Of a stretch of DNA of 64,000 bases, positions 51,833-63,404 are shown in pieces. Position 1 is the stretch's first letter; each line of letters opens with the position of its first letter. Made by a program: the position numbers and the translations under genes. The stretch is taken from positions 9,525,112-9,589,111 of the forward strand of contig NC_057719.1 of the NCBI RefSeq assembly GCF_004010195.1. The letters run 5' to 3'. Source of the stretch: Chiloscyllium plagiosum. Taxonomy: Eukaryota. The notes beneath the pieces were generated by a model. That model made no database searches. It was not told the origin of the DNA and was given only the letters and a program-made list of their open reading frames with translations.

Positions 51833-53308
51833 AAGGGATTGTATTATAGACCCCCCAATAGCCAGAGGGAAATTGAGAAACAAACTTGTAAGGAGATCTC
51901 AGCTATCTGTAAAAATAATACGGTAGTTATGGTAGGGGATTTTAACTTTCAAAACATCAACTTGGACTGCCATAGTGTTAAAGGTTTAGATGGAGAGGAA
52001 GTTCTTAAGTATGTACAAGACAATTTGATTCAGTATGTGGATGCACCTACTACAGAAGGTGCAAACCTTGACCTACACTTGGGAAATAAGGCAGGGCAGG
52101 TGACTGAGGTGTCAGTGGGGGAGCACTTTGGGGCCAGTGACCATAATTCTATTCGTTTTAAAATGGTGATGGAAAAGGATAGACCAGATCTAAACGTTTA
52201 AGTTCTAAATTGGAGAAAGGCCAATTTTGACGGTATTAGGCAAGAACTTTCGAAAGCTGGAGGCAGATGTTCGCAGGTAAACGGACGGCTGGAAAATGGG
52301 AAGCCTTCAGAAATGAGATAACAAGAATCCAGAGAAAGTATATTCCCGTCAGGGTGAAAGGGAAAAGGTGAAAGGAAAGGCTGGTAGGTATAGGGAATGC
52401 TGGATGAAAAAGAAATTGAGGGTTTGGTTAAGAAAAAGAAGGAAGCATATGTCAGGTACAGACAGGATAGATCGAGTGAATCCATAGAAGAGCATAAAGA
52501 AAGTAGGAGTATACTTAAGAGGGAAATCAGGAGGGCAAAACGGGGACATGAGATAGCATTGGCAAATACAATTAAGGAGAATCCAAAGGATTTTTACAAA
52601 TATATTAAGGACAAAAGTGTAACTAAGGAGAGAATAGGACCCCTCAAAGATCAGCAAGGCGGCCTTTGTGTGGAGTCACAGAAAACGGGGGAGATACTAA
52701 ATGAATATTTTGCATCAGTACTTAGTGTGGAAAAGGATATGGAAGATATAGACAGTAGGGAAATAGATGGTGACATCTTGCAAAATGTCCAGATTACAGA
52801 GGAGGAAGTGCTAGATGCCTTGAAACGGTTAAAGGTGGATAAATCAGGTGTAGTCGAGAACTCTGTAGGAAGCTAGAGAAGTGATTGCTGGGCCTCTTGC
52901 TGAAATATTTGTATCATCGATAGTCACAGGTGAGGTGCCAGAAGACTGGAGGTTGGCAAACGTGGTGCCACTGTTTAAGAAAGGTGGTAAAGACAAGCCA
53001 GGGAACTATAGATGGTGAGCCTGACCTCAGTGGTGGGCAAGATGTTGGAGGGAATCCTGAGGGACAGGATGTACATGTATTTGGAAAGGCAAGGACTGAT
53101 TCGCGATAGTCAACATGGCTTTGTGAGTGGGAAATCATGTCTCACAAACTTGATTGGGTTTTTTGAAGAAGTAACAAAGAAGATTGATGAGGGCAGAGTA
53201 ATAGATGTGATCTATATGGACTTCAGTAAGGCGTTTGACAAGGTTCGCCATGGGAGACTGATTCGCAAGGTTAGATCTCATGGAATACAGGGAGAACTTG
53301 CCATTTGA
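51833..53308 (+). mobile_element. CR1 LINE ORF2 fragment (APE endonuclease C-terminus to RT N-terminus), frameshifted
   Basis: YYRPPNS, VVMVGDFNF, GASDHNSIRF (APE); VPLFKKG, SLTSVVGK, QHGF, DFSKAFDKV (RT). Confidence 0.95.
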
Positions 53309-53666
53309 ACATCATTCAAAACTCTGCCACCCTGTCCAACTTTCACACACCACCCCTGTACTCACTGATCTATATTAGCTCCCAAATAAGCAGTTTCAAG
53401 TTACTCCAATTTTTTTCCTCCATTTCAATGCAATGTTCTCTCAGCTCCCAACTGCATTAATGTTGCTTCATCTCCCTAGTTCTGACCTCTTGAGTATCCC
53501 CAATTTAAAATGCTCCATGATTGGTGGTCATGCTTCATTTGCCTGAGCAACTAAACTCTAAAGTATCATCCCTAAACTTCTCCATGTCTTCATTTTACTT
53601 TCCTTCATTCACATGCTCTTCAAAATGTTTTTCTTTGATAAAGATTTTGGTCACCTGCCCGAATGT

Positions 53667-54077
53667 NNNNNNNNNNNNNNNNNNNNNNNNNNNNNNNNNN
53701 NNNNNNNNNNNNNNNNNNNNNNNNNNNNNNNNNNNNNNNNNNNNNNNNNNNNNNNNNNNNNNNNNNNNNNNNNNNNNNNNNNNNNNNNNNNNNNNNNNNN
53801 NNNNNNNNNNNNNNNNNNNNNNNNNNNNNNNNNNNNNNNNNNNNNNNNNNNNNNNNNNNNNNNNNNNNNNNNNNNNNNNNNNNNNNNNNNNNNNNNNNNN
53901 NNNNNNNNNNNNNNNNNNNNNNNNNNNNNNNNNNNNNNNNNNNNNNNNNNNNNNNNNNNNNNNNNNNNNNNNNNNNNNNNNNNNNNNNNNNNNNNNNNNN
54001 NNNNNNNNNNNNNNNNNNNNNNNNNNNNNNNNNNNNNNNNNNNNNNNNNNNNNNNNNNNNNNNNNNNNNNNNNNNNN
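53667..54077. other. Assembly gap (N run)
   Basis: Run of n. Confidence 1.
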
Positions 54078-54445
54078 TACAAAATTATGAGGGGCATGGA
54101 TAGGATAAATAGGCAAGTCTTTTCCATGGGGCGGGGGAGTCCAGAACTAGAGAGCATAGGTTTAGGGTGAGAGGGGAAAGATATAAAAGAGACCTAAGGG
54201 GCAACGTTTTCACGCAGAGGGTGGTACATGTATGGAATGAGCTGTCAGAGAAAGTGGGGGGTGGAGGCTGGTACAATTGCAACATTTAAGAGGCATTTGG
54301 ATGGGTATATGAATAGGAAGGGTTTGGAGGGATATGGGCCGGGTGCTGGCAAGTGGGACAAGATTGTGTTGGGATATCTGGTTGGCATGGACAGGTTGGA
54401 CCGAAGGGTCTGTTTCCATGTTATACATCTCTATGACTCTATGAT
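54078..54445 (+). mobile_element. CR1/HER1 LINE 3' end
   Basis: YKIMRGMDR...TFKRHLDGYM, followed by the 3' UTR ending ctctatgactctatga. Confidence 0.9.
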
Positions 54446-54551
54446 TCTCAGTAGGATAACAATATTTTGCATTTTTTTTTTGTCTTTCCAGTGCTAAGTA
54501 GTCTTTCACAGCCTTGCTAAAAAAAATGTCAGAAATCTAGAGGAATAAATA

Positions 54552-55465
54552 AGACCAAGGAGCTACACCAAAGACTAAAACACTCACACCACTCCATGCA
54601 CTCCATCCAAGAATTCCTGAAGACTATCAAAGACACCAAGATGGAAGAGGATAAAATAATGGTCTTCTCTGACGTAACAGCTCTGTTTACATTCATCAAC
54701 CTGGCCAAAGAAACACTGACTTTTAGAAGAACCAAAGACACATACAACCAGACACCACCAACGTCATCAGCAAAGACAACATCATCAAGCTAGTGGACCT
54801 TTGCCTTATCACTCACTTCATGTTCAAAAACAAAACCTCCAGGCAAACCAAGGGAACACCCATGGGATCTCCGATATCAGGGCTCTTAGCTGAGGCAGTA
54901 ATGCAGAGACTTGAACAAACAGCTCTGCCAACCATCCAACCCAAGCTTTGGATCCACTGCGTGGATGACACCTTTGCAATACTAAATGAAACAAATTAGG
55001 TAAAACCTTCAAGACCATCAATAATACCCTTACTAGCATAAAATTCACTAAAGAGGAGGAAAACAACAACAAACTGCTGTTCCTGGCGAACAGCCAATGG
55101 GGAACTTCAAACCAGCATCTCCAGGAAAACAACACATACAGACCAAATACCGAACTACAGAAGCAATCATCCCAGCTGCATTAGAACATTATTTCAATGA
55201 GTCACCACACACTGCAGCACAGAGGAACTACGAAGAGCAGAGGAAAATCACCTACACAGTGTATTCAAAAAGAACAGGTATCCAATGAACACAGTCCGCT
55301 GATTTCTCAGCAATAAACCCAAACAAGCATCCAGAAACCCTAGCCACTCTCCCTACATTAAAGACATCTAGGAAATGACTGCCAGACTACTCAGATCCCT
55401 TGGCATCATGGTAGCCCACAAACCTACCAAGACACTAAAACAGCAGCTAATGAACTTGAAAGACG
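54552..55465 (+). mobile_element. Penelope-like RT fragment, inverted relative to 50010-51832
   Basis: HSIQEFLKTIKDTK, GTPMGSPISGLLAEAVMQRLE, CVDDTF. Confidence 0.9.
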
Positions 55466-56989
55466 GTAAGGTATTAAAGTATAAGGCCAAAAGGAGGTAT
55501 ATGGAGTGAGGGCACAAATCAGCCATGATCCCATTGAAAAGCAGAACAAGCTTTATAGGCTGAATGGCCTACTCCTGTAGCTGTGTTCTATGAGATGGAT
55601 GCATAGGAACCTCAAAGCACTTTATTATTGTTGATCTAGTGCTGACTGAGCAGGCTGTATAGCAGCAGAGACACAGAGGCTCACAAGTCTCTCAATGACG
55701 TTCGCCCTATTTTCTTCACCAGTGAGTCACTGGTCCTTTGAAGCTCAGCTCCTGCTATTCCTGCCTGAACCATCAATATTTAAACTTGGGTGAGTCAAAC
55801 AGTGTGTGGCTGGCACCTCCCCTCTACATCTGCAGCCTGAATTCTCCATTCCCCAGTCTGCCAGCTGGTGCATTTAAATTACACACAGCAACTCCTAACA
55901 GAATTTCTCTTGCTCCACATCCTCTCGGCCATCGTTGAAGGCACTCAGGCAAGTGGAGGAGGCCATTGAAAAGCTGGACACGGGATCCTGGGCTTTATAA
56001 GGAGAGGTGGGCTACCTGTTTCCCACCGTAAATATCTGGCTGAGCCTGTCTCCCCATGGAGAGACAACAGGCTTTTCTTATTGATGAGGGAAACATAGAA
56101 GGTAGGAGCATGTGGAGACCAATCAGTCCCTTGAGCCTGTTATTCAATACCATCATGGTTAATCGTCCAACTCAGTCCTCTTTTTCTCACATTCTACCCT
56201 TGCCCATTGGTCCCTTTAACCCTAAGAACCAAATCTAATTCCTACTTGAAAACATTCAATGTTTTGTCCTCAACTGTTTTCTGTGGCAGAGAATTCCACG
56301 GGCTCACCACTCTCTCGGTGAAGACATTTCTCCTCATCTTGGACCGAAGTGGACTGCCCCATACTCTTAGACTGTAGGCCCTGGTTCTGAATCCTCAGTT
56401 ATCAGGTACATCCTTTCTGGATCTCCCCTGCTAGAATCTTAAAGATTTCTATAAGTTTCTCCCCCTCATTCTTCCAAACTCCAGTGACTCCTAATCAAAC
56501 CAGTCTCCTTTCACACATCAGTTCTGTCAGCCCAGGAATCAGTCTGGTAAATGTTCTGTCTATGATCAGAAGACCCCTCCTCAGAAAAAAAGAGCCCTAA
56601 ACTGCAAACAATAATTCAGGTATGGTCTCACCAAGTCCTTGTGCAGTTGATGAGGGACGACCCCAGTCCTTTTTCATTAGGGCGTCATAGCTGATGGCCA
56701 ACCAGAGGCCAGCAAAGAAGAGCAGGCAAGGGCCCCGATGTCCTAGATAATATGTACTGCTAAAAAGACATCACAAAAAGGTTTATCTGGTCATTTTCAC
56801 ATGGCTGTGTGTGTAAGTTGCTTTGCACAAATTGAATGCTGTGGTTCAATAATGATGGAACCCAAGTACTTCACGAATATTAAATTATTTTGGAACATCC
56901 TGAAAGGCTGTATACAAATGCAAGTACTTTCACTTTATTTCTTTCAGAATTGCTGTTGAACTCCCATGTGTGACAAGTCCCACACCAAC

Positions 56990-57575
56990 AATTTTCTGGG
57001 ACTTACCATTGGCAGACATATAACTGGACAGGATACATTAATACAATGGCTACAATGGCAGGGGAGAGGCTGGGACATCTGCAGTGAGTAAATCTTCTCT
57101 ACAACGTAAGCAGTATCAATAAGACACATGCCATGATTATGATGAAGCATGCTCCATTTGGCCGGATGAGCCATGAGGAGACTTAAAATCATCTAGGACA
57201 AAGAAACCCATCCATCACTTTAATTCCCTCCATCACCGATGCACCGTTGCAATAAATGTGTCCAAGCTATTATGCAGCAACTCACTAAAGCTCCTTCAGC
57301 ATCACCTTTTCAAACAACAGCATTTTACGTCCTGGAAGGATAAGGGCAGAAGATGCATGGGAACATCACCTACAAGTTCCCCCCTAAGTCATTCACCAGC
57401 CTGACTGAGAAATACAACATCGCTCTTTCATTGTGACTGGGCCAACACCTGGAACTTTTTGCTGTGGAAATACTTTCACCACATCAATTGCAACCTTTCA
57501 AGAGATCAGGTCACCATCACCTTCTCAAGAGGATTTATAAATTGCAATAAATGCTAGCCTTACCATTGATGCCAA
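56990..57575 (+). mobile_element. Old L2/CR1-group LINE 3' end whose tail matches the second SINE family; relative at ~19170-19380
   Basis: Ends caccttctcaag...gcaataaatgctagcc, the same tail as the SINE at 2323-2680. Confidence 0.55.
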
Positions 57576-58513
57576 ATCCAGTCCATAGAACACAGAAGAA
57601 TGGTCTCACTTAGTTCATGTTCCAAAGATTTTCTGACAAGCATGGAACCAAATGCCAGCAAGAGTCAATGTATTCAGCAGAAGATGGTAGGGGACAGCGG
57701 ACACCTCCTGTACTTACACAGAGCAAAATAATGCATGACACATTTACAAAAACGATCAGGTTTTGGCATGTTGCAGATAAGGGAAATTGAAATAGTTCTG
57801 TCCAATATGATCACATTCAAAAAAATTCCCTTTGTCTACCATTTAAGTGAAAGCCTAAATGTACTTCAAACAAATGGAATGAACAGAGTTGGGAAAACAG
57901 CAGGAAAATGATTTTCCACCTGTGATCATTACTAACATTTCACTGTGTGACTTCAGCCACTTCAGTTGTTCCATTTGCTGCATGCGCTGGCCTTTGAGAA
58001 AAATCCAAAAGCAAATATTCCCAGATTCATTGTCAAAACTGCTGCCAGGTGTAAACTAACATACAGGGTGGGACAGTAGCTTTGGCATCGAGAGACTTAG
58101 TTGGGAGCACGTGGAGGTTATTTGCGATGCTGAAGAGAGCAAACAAATTTCCTTTATTGCCAGCTACCTGATCCTCCAAGCAACACTGTGGAGTCTTCAT
58201 TATACACAATGGAGGGAACAGCCATCTGACAGCCCATCAACTGGATAGAACTTACAAACATACAAATCAGAAACAGGAGTGGGCCCTCGAGTCTCTTCCA
58301 CCATTCACTGCTGATGCTATTATTCCACGTATTTCCATTAACTTTTCACCCCCTTCCCTTATCAAGAACCTACCTACGTCTGCTCTACAAATATACAAGG
58401 ACTTGGTCTTTCAAGGACAATAGTCCCAAAAACTCACCACCCTATGAGATAAAACAATTCTCCTGAATTCTGTCTTTAACAGGCAACCCTGTATTGTTAG
58501 CCAGAAACATCTA

Positions 58514-59580
58514 GAGTCATAGAGATGTACAGCATGGGAACAGACCCTTCGGTCCAACCCATCCATGCTGACCAGATATCCCAACCCAATCTAGTCCGAC
58601 CTGCCAGCACCTGACCCATATCCCTCCAAACCCTTCCTATTCATATACCCATCCAAATGCTTCTTAAATGTTGCAATTATACCAGCCTCTACCACTTCCT
58701 CTGGCAGGTCATTCCATACATGTACCACACTCTGCATGAAAAAGTTGCCCCTTAGGTCTCTTTTATATCTTTCCTCTCTCACCCCAAATCTATGTCCTCT
58801 AGTTCTGGACTCACCCACCCCAGGGAAAAGACTTTGTCTATTTATCCTATCCATGCCCCTCATAATTTTGTAAACCTCTATAAAGTCACCCTCATTCTCT
58901 GATGCTCCAGGGAAAACAGCCCCAGCCTGTTCAGTCTCTCCCTATAGCTCAAATCCTCCAAGCCTGGCAACAGCCTTGTAGATCTTTTCTGAACCCTTTC
59001 AAGTTTCACAACATCTTTCTGATAGAAAAGAGACCAGAATTGCATGCAATATTCCAAAAGTGGCCTAACCAATGTCCTGTTCAGCCATAACATGACCTCC
59101 CTACCCCTGTACTCAATACTCTGACCAATGAAGGAAAGCATACCAAACGCCTTCTTCACTATCCAATTTACCTATGACTCCACTTTTAAGGAGCTATGAA
59201 CCTGCACTCCAAGGTCTCTTTGTTCAGCAACATGCCCTAGGATCTTACCATTAAGTGTATAAGTCCTGCTAAGACTTGCTATTCCAAAATGCAGCACCTC
59301 GCATTTATCTGAATTAAACTCCATCTGCCACTTCTCAGCCCATTGGCCCATCTGATCAAGATGTAATCTGTAATCTGAGGTAACCTTCTTTGCTGTCCAT
59401 ACACCTCCAATTTTGGTGTCATCTGCAAACTTACTAACTGTACCTCTTATGCTCGCATCCAAATCATTTATGTAAATGACAAAAAGTAGAGGGCCCAGCA
59501 CCGATCCTTGTGGCACTCCACTGGTCACAGGCCTCCAGTCTGAAAAACAACCTCCACCACCACCCTCTGTCTTCTAGCTT
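58514..59580 (-). mobile_element. CR1/HER1 LINE RT C-terminus to 3' end, nested in an older minus-strand CR1 (~58245-60780)
   Basis: SGVPQGSVLGPLLF, KFADDTK, LVRPLLEYC, RGNFFMQSVVHVWNDLP. Confidence 0.95.
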
Positions 59581-60784
59581 TGAACTCTAGTTCTACATAA
59601 AATTAAACATCCTTTCCACATGCACCATATATCCCTTCAGGATTTTACATGTTTTACACAAGTCATCTAAGCTCCAGCAGATACAAGTCTAGTCTTTCTG
59701 ACCTATCCTCATAGGACAATCTGCTCATTAATCTGGCAAACCTTCTCTGAACTGTTTCCAAAGTATTTACATCTTACCTTAAACACGGAGGCCAATATTG
59801 GTCCCATATCACAGTAGACAGTATGCAGTCTCACTAATACCCTCCAAGCAACACTGTGGAGTCTGCAGATTACACAATGGAATGAACAGCCATCTGAGAG
59901 CCCATCACACTGGATAGAACTTACAAATATACAAATCAGAAATCCTGAAGCATAATCTTCCTTCAATTACCCTTGCAATGAATGACAATATTCTAAAATC
60001 TATTCTAATTAGTTGCTGTGCCTGCACTCTAACCTTTTGTGATTCATACACCAGGATGCCCAGATCCCTCTGCATGTCAAAGCTCTGCAGTTTCTCACCA
60101 TGTAGATAACACACTTCCTTTTTATTCTTCTTATAAAAGTGAACAATTTCATATTTTCCCAAATAATTCGAAAGATTGCCCATTCACTTCAGCCATCTAT
60201 TCTATATGCCTTTGTAGCTTTTCTCTTCCGGTCCTTTTTGTGTCCCTTCATCAAAGTTATTAATAAAAATTACAAAATTCTGATTCCCCAGTCCCGATCC
60301 CTGCAACATAGCACTTGTTACAGCTTGCAAACCAGAAAATGACACATTTAAGACTACTCTCTGCTTCCTGTTGGCCACTTTAATCTTCTATGCACACCAA
60401 AATGTTTACCCCTACAACAGTATTTGAAGTTTCCACAATAAGCTTTGATGCAATATCTGATGAACAGCCTTCTGGAAATCCAAGCACAACACAGCCATGT
60501 TTATACACAGTACTTTTGACTTTGACAAATAACTCCACTAAATTGGCTCAGCATGATTTCCCTTTCACAATCGTGTACCTGTTTGCTTTGAATTCATAAC
60601 ATCGCCAATAAAACCAGCATCTTCTAAAATCTTCCCAATAACAGATGTTAGGCTAATCAGCCAAAAGATTCCAACATTCTGTCTCCTTCCTTCTTGAATA
60701 AAGGAGTTACATTCTCTATTTTCCATTGGAATTTTCCCAAAATCCAGGGAAATTTGGAAAATTACGTCAACTATCTCACTTATC

Positions 60785-61090
60785 CGAACCAGAGGACACA
60801 GCTTAAAAATACGGGGTAGACCATTTAGGACAGAGATGAGGAGAAACTTCTTCACCCAGAGAGTGGTGGCTGTGCGGAATGCTCTGCCCCAGAGGGCAGT
60901 GGAGGCCCAGTCTCTGGATTCATTTAAGAAAGAGTTGGATAGAGCTCTCAAGGATTGTGGAATCAAGGGTTATGGAGATAAGGCAGGAACAGGATACTGA
61001 TTAAGGATGATCAGCCACGATCATATTGAATGGTGGTGCAGGCTCGAAGGGCAGAATGGCCTACTCCTGCACCTAGTGTCTATTGTCTAT
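60785..61090 (+). mobile_element. CR1 3' end of a different subfamily
   Basis: TRGHSLKIRGRPFRTEMRRNFFTQRVVAVRNALP, followed by a 3' UTR ending gtctattgtctat. Confidence 0.85.
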
Positions 61091-61951
61091 AACCAATTCT
61101 TTTCCAACTTAGGGATGAAGTCTATCAGGACTCAGACACAGGTCATACTGCAGTTCCAATAGGTCTTCCTTGATACTGATGTGAGAACACAAATTTTTAG
61201 AATGTAACTGAATTGAAATATAAAATAATTCTGAGAAGACCTGACCGGATGTGTGTCAAAAGCATGTTTTCCCTTGTGGGTGGATCTAGAAATAGGGTTA
61301 ATAGATTAAGAATCAGACAGTGCCCATGTAAAAGAGATGTGGAGGTACTGGTGTTGGATTGTGATGAACAAAGTCAGAAGTCACACGACACCAAGTTATA
61401 GTCCAACAGGTTTATTTGAAACCGTAAGCTTTCAAAGTGCTGCTCCTTCATCGCCAGATGAAGGATGCTCCGAAGCTTGTGATTTTAAATAAACCTGTTG
61501 GACTATAAACTGATGTTGTATGACTTCTGACCATTTAAAACAGAGATAAGGAAACATTTTTTTCTGTCAGAGGGTTGAGAGTCTTTGGACTCAAAATGCA
61601 GTGGATGCAAAATCTCTAAATATTTTTTAAGACAGATGGTTTCTTAATGACCCAGGGGATGAAAGATCATTGGTGATTTGCTGGAATGTGGCGATGAATC
61701 ATATCAGAACTTGGAGCAGGAGGGGAGGCCATTCAGCACCTCAAGCCTGCTCTACTAATTTACACGCTCATGGCTGACCTCATCTTGACCTCAATTCCAC
61801 TTTCCTGCTTGCTCCCCATAACCCATCAACTTGTTATCAATTAGCAATAAAAGGTGAAATACGAACATATAGCATCAGTTGAGAGAGATCTGGACCTATA
61901 TTCATCAATTCAAATGGCGTAAAATAATATTGGTTGGTTCATTATGGATAC

Positions 61952-62168
61952 AGAATCGAAAAGTGCGGCACTGGAAAAGCACAGCAGGTCAGGCAGCATC
62001 CGATGAGCAGGAGAATCAACATTTCAGGCATAAGCCCTTCATTAGGAGTGAGGCTTATGCCCGAAATGTTGATTCTCCTGCTCCTCGGATGCTGCCTGAC
62101 CTGCTGTGCTTTTCCAGTGACATACTTTGCGACTCTGACCTCCAGCGCCTGCAGCCCTCACTTTCTCT
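61952..62168. mobile_element. Palindromic Penelope-derived element ~370 nt downstream of the microexon in transcript orientation
   Basis: ctggaaaagcacagcaggtcaggcagcatccga...tcggatgctgcctgacctgctgtgcttttccag; decayed hammerhead cores at the centre. Confidence 0.85.
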
Positions 62169-62538
62169 CACTACGGATACAGTCATTCTCACTTTGCACG
62201 AACAGTGATTTGCCTCTGACCAACATTACTGGCCATGTTCTAGAACAGTAAAAGAACGGTCACCACAGTTTCAGCCCCAAATACTGTGCAAGGCATTCAA
62301 AGTTGAGAGTGACGGCAGAATTGGAATGGAGTGTTAGTAGGGCAATGACTTTGAATGGTCAATATCTCAGAGCAATGTCTCTCAATTGAAAGGACGAAAC
62401 AAGGTTTCAGGATTGCAATGGAAGGTCAAAATATTTAAAACAAAAATATGAATCAGTGCTTTAAAAGAGTGCAGTAATCAGCACAAGCCATTACACAGAG
62501 CAACTTCAAGTCATCGAGAATGAAATACAATTTTCTAC

Positions 62539-62565
62539 CTTGCATGTTTGCCTTGATTAACTCAA
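62539..62565 (-). CDS. 27-nt neurexin alternative microexon at the SS6 position, peptide (V)ELIKANMQ(G)
   Basis: Minus strand: cttaactaacccctgctattcttctgcttctttttttttgctcacaaag|TT GAG TTA ATC AAG GCA AAC ATG CAA G|gtagaa. It has a branch-point-like CTAAC, a strong U tract, AG/GT ends, 27 nt and phase 1-1, compatible with the EGF3 exon 21.4 kb downstream. The peptide aligns to the recalled NRXN1/NRXN3 SS6 insert VAL(M/T)KADLQ. Confidence 0.85.
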
Positions 62566-62675
62566 CTTTGTGAGCAAAAAAAAAGAAGCAGAAGAATAGC
62601 AGGGGTTAGTTAAGTAGCTGGCAGTGGTGTCAATAAAAGCAACTAATCACAATGTTTGGAAAAGAAATGCATGCA
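62566..62675 (-). promoter_or_regulatory. Splicing-regulatory region upstream of the microexon (branch point/ACUAAC, polypyrimidine tract, UGC motifs, UGCAUG)
   Basis: On the minus strand: ACTAAC at 62610-62605 (~40 nt from the AG), a U-rich tract, TGC within ~10 nt of the AG plus two more upstream, and TGCATG at 62675-62670. These resemble SRRM3/4, QKI and RBFOX motifs typical of neural microexons; function is inferred. Confidence 0.55.
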
Positions 62676-63404
62676 GCATTAATATATCAATGTCATAAGC
62701 AAGCACATTTAAAACTGACGTCCTATTGCTCGGGAAAATGGTTTTACCATAGCCCACCTTACTGCTGACTTACCGTGCATTGCGACATTTGCCAAATTTT
62801 GCTTAACAGTATCACAGTAAAAGTGAAGATGCTGATCTCCTGAGCAAGTCTCAGTAATCACAAATCACTTGCCCAACTCAGCTTCTAGCAAAGCTAATAC
62901 ATTCAGTATTTGGTTTTCATTGGAGCAGAAACAAAAGCCATATTAAGAAAGATGTTGCACACCAGTTAAACATGATGTGAAAAAGCATGCTACACTCACA
63001 AATTCCATGTGACTTTTTAATTATTGCACCTTAAAAGTATTTTATGAAGGTATGGTGTATGCCTGTGAAGGCATGGGGATTTTGTAATTTTGCCATTGTA
63101 CAGAGCCCTGGTGAGACTATACCTTTTGTTTTCCTTTATTCATTCACAGGATGCGGTCATTGCTGGCTCGGCAACATTTATTGCCCATCCCTAATTGCCC
63201 ACCAGAGCTTTATGAATTCTCATTAGCACATCGCTGCTTTTACGTTCCAACCCTCTTGAAATAAATGACAACATTACATTTGCTTTCTTAACCACGGACT
63301 CAACCTGCAAGTCAACCTTTAGAGAATCCAGGACGAGCACTCCCTTTGTACTTTGGCTTTATGAATTTTCTTACCGTTTAGAAAGTTTTCCATGCCTGTA
63401 TCCT

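Noticed and set aside
50010..53308. Adjacent Penelope RT/GIY-YIG and CR1 APE/RT as a novel composite element
   Set aside because: Opposite strands, both frameshifted and truncated, with no shared TSD. Best explained as independent adjacent insertions.
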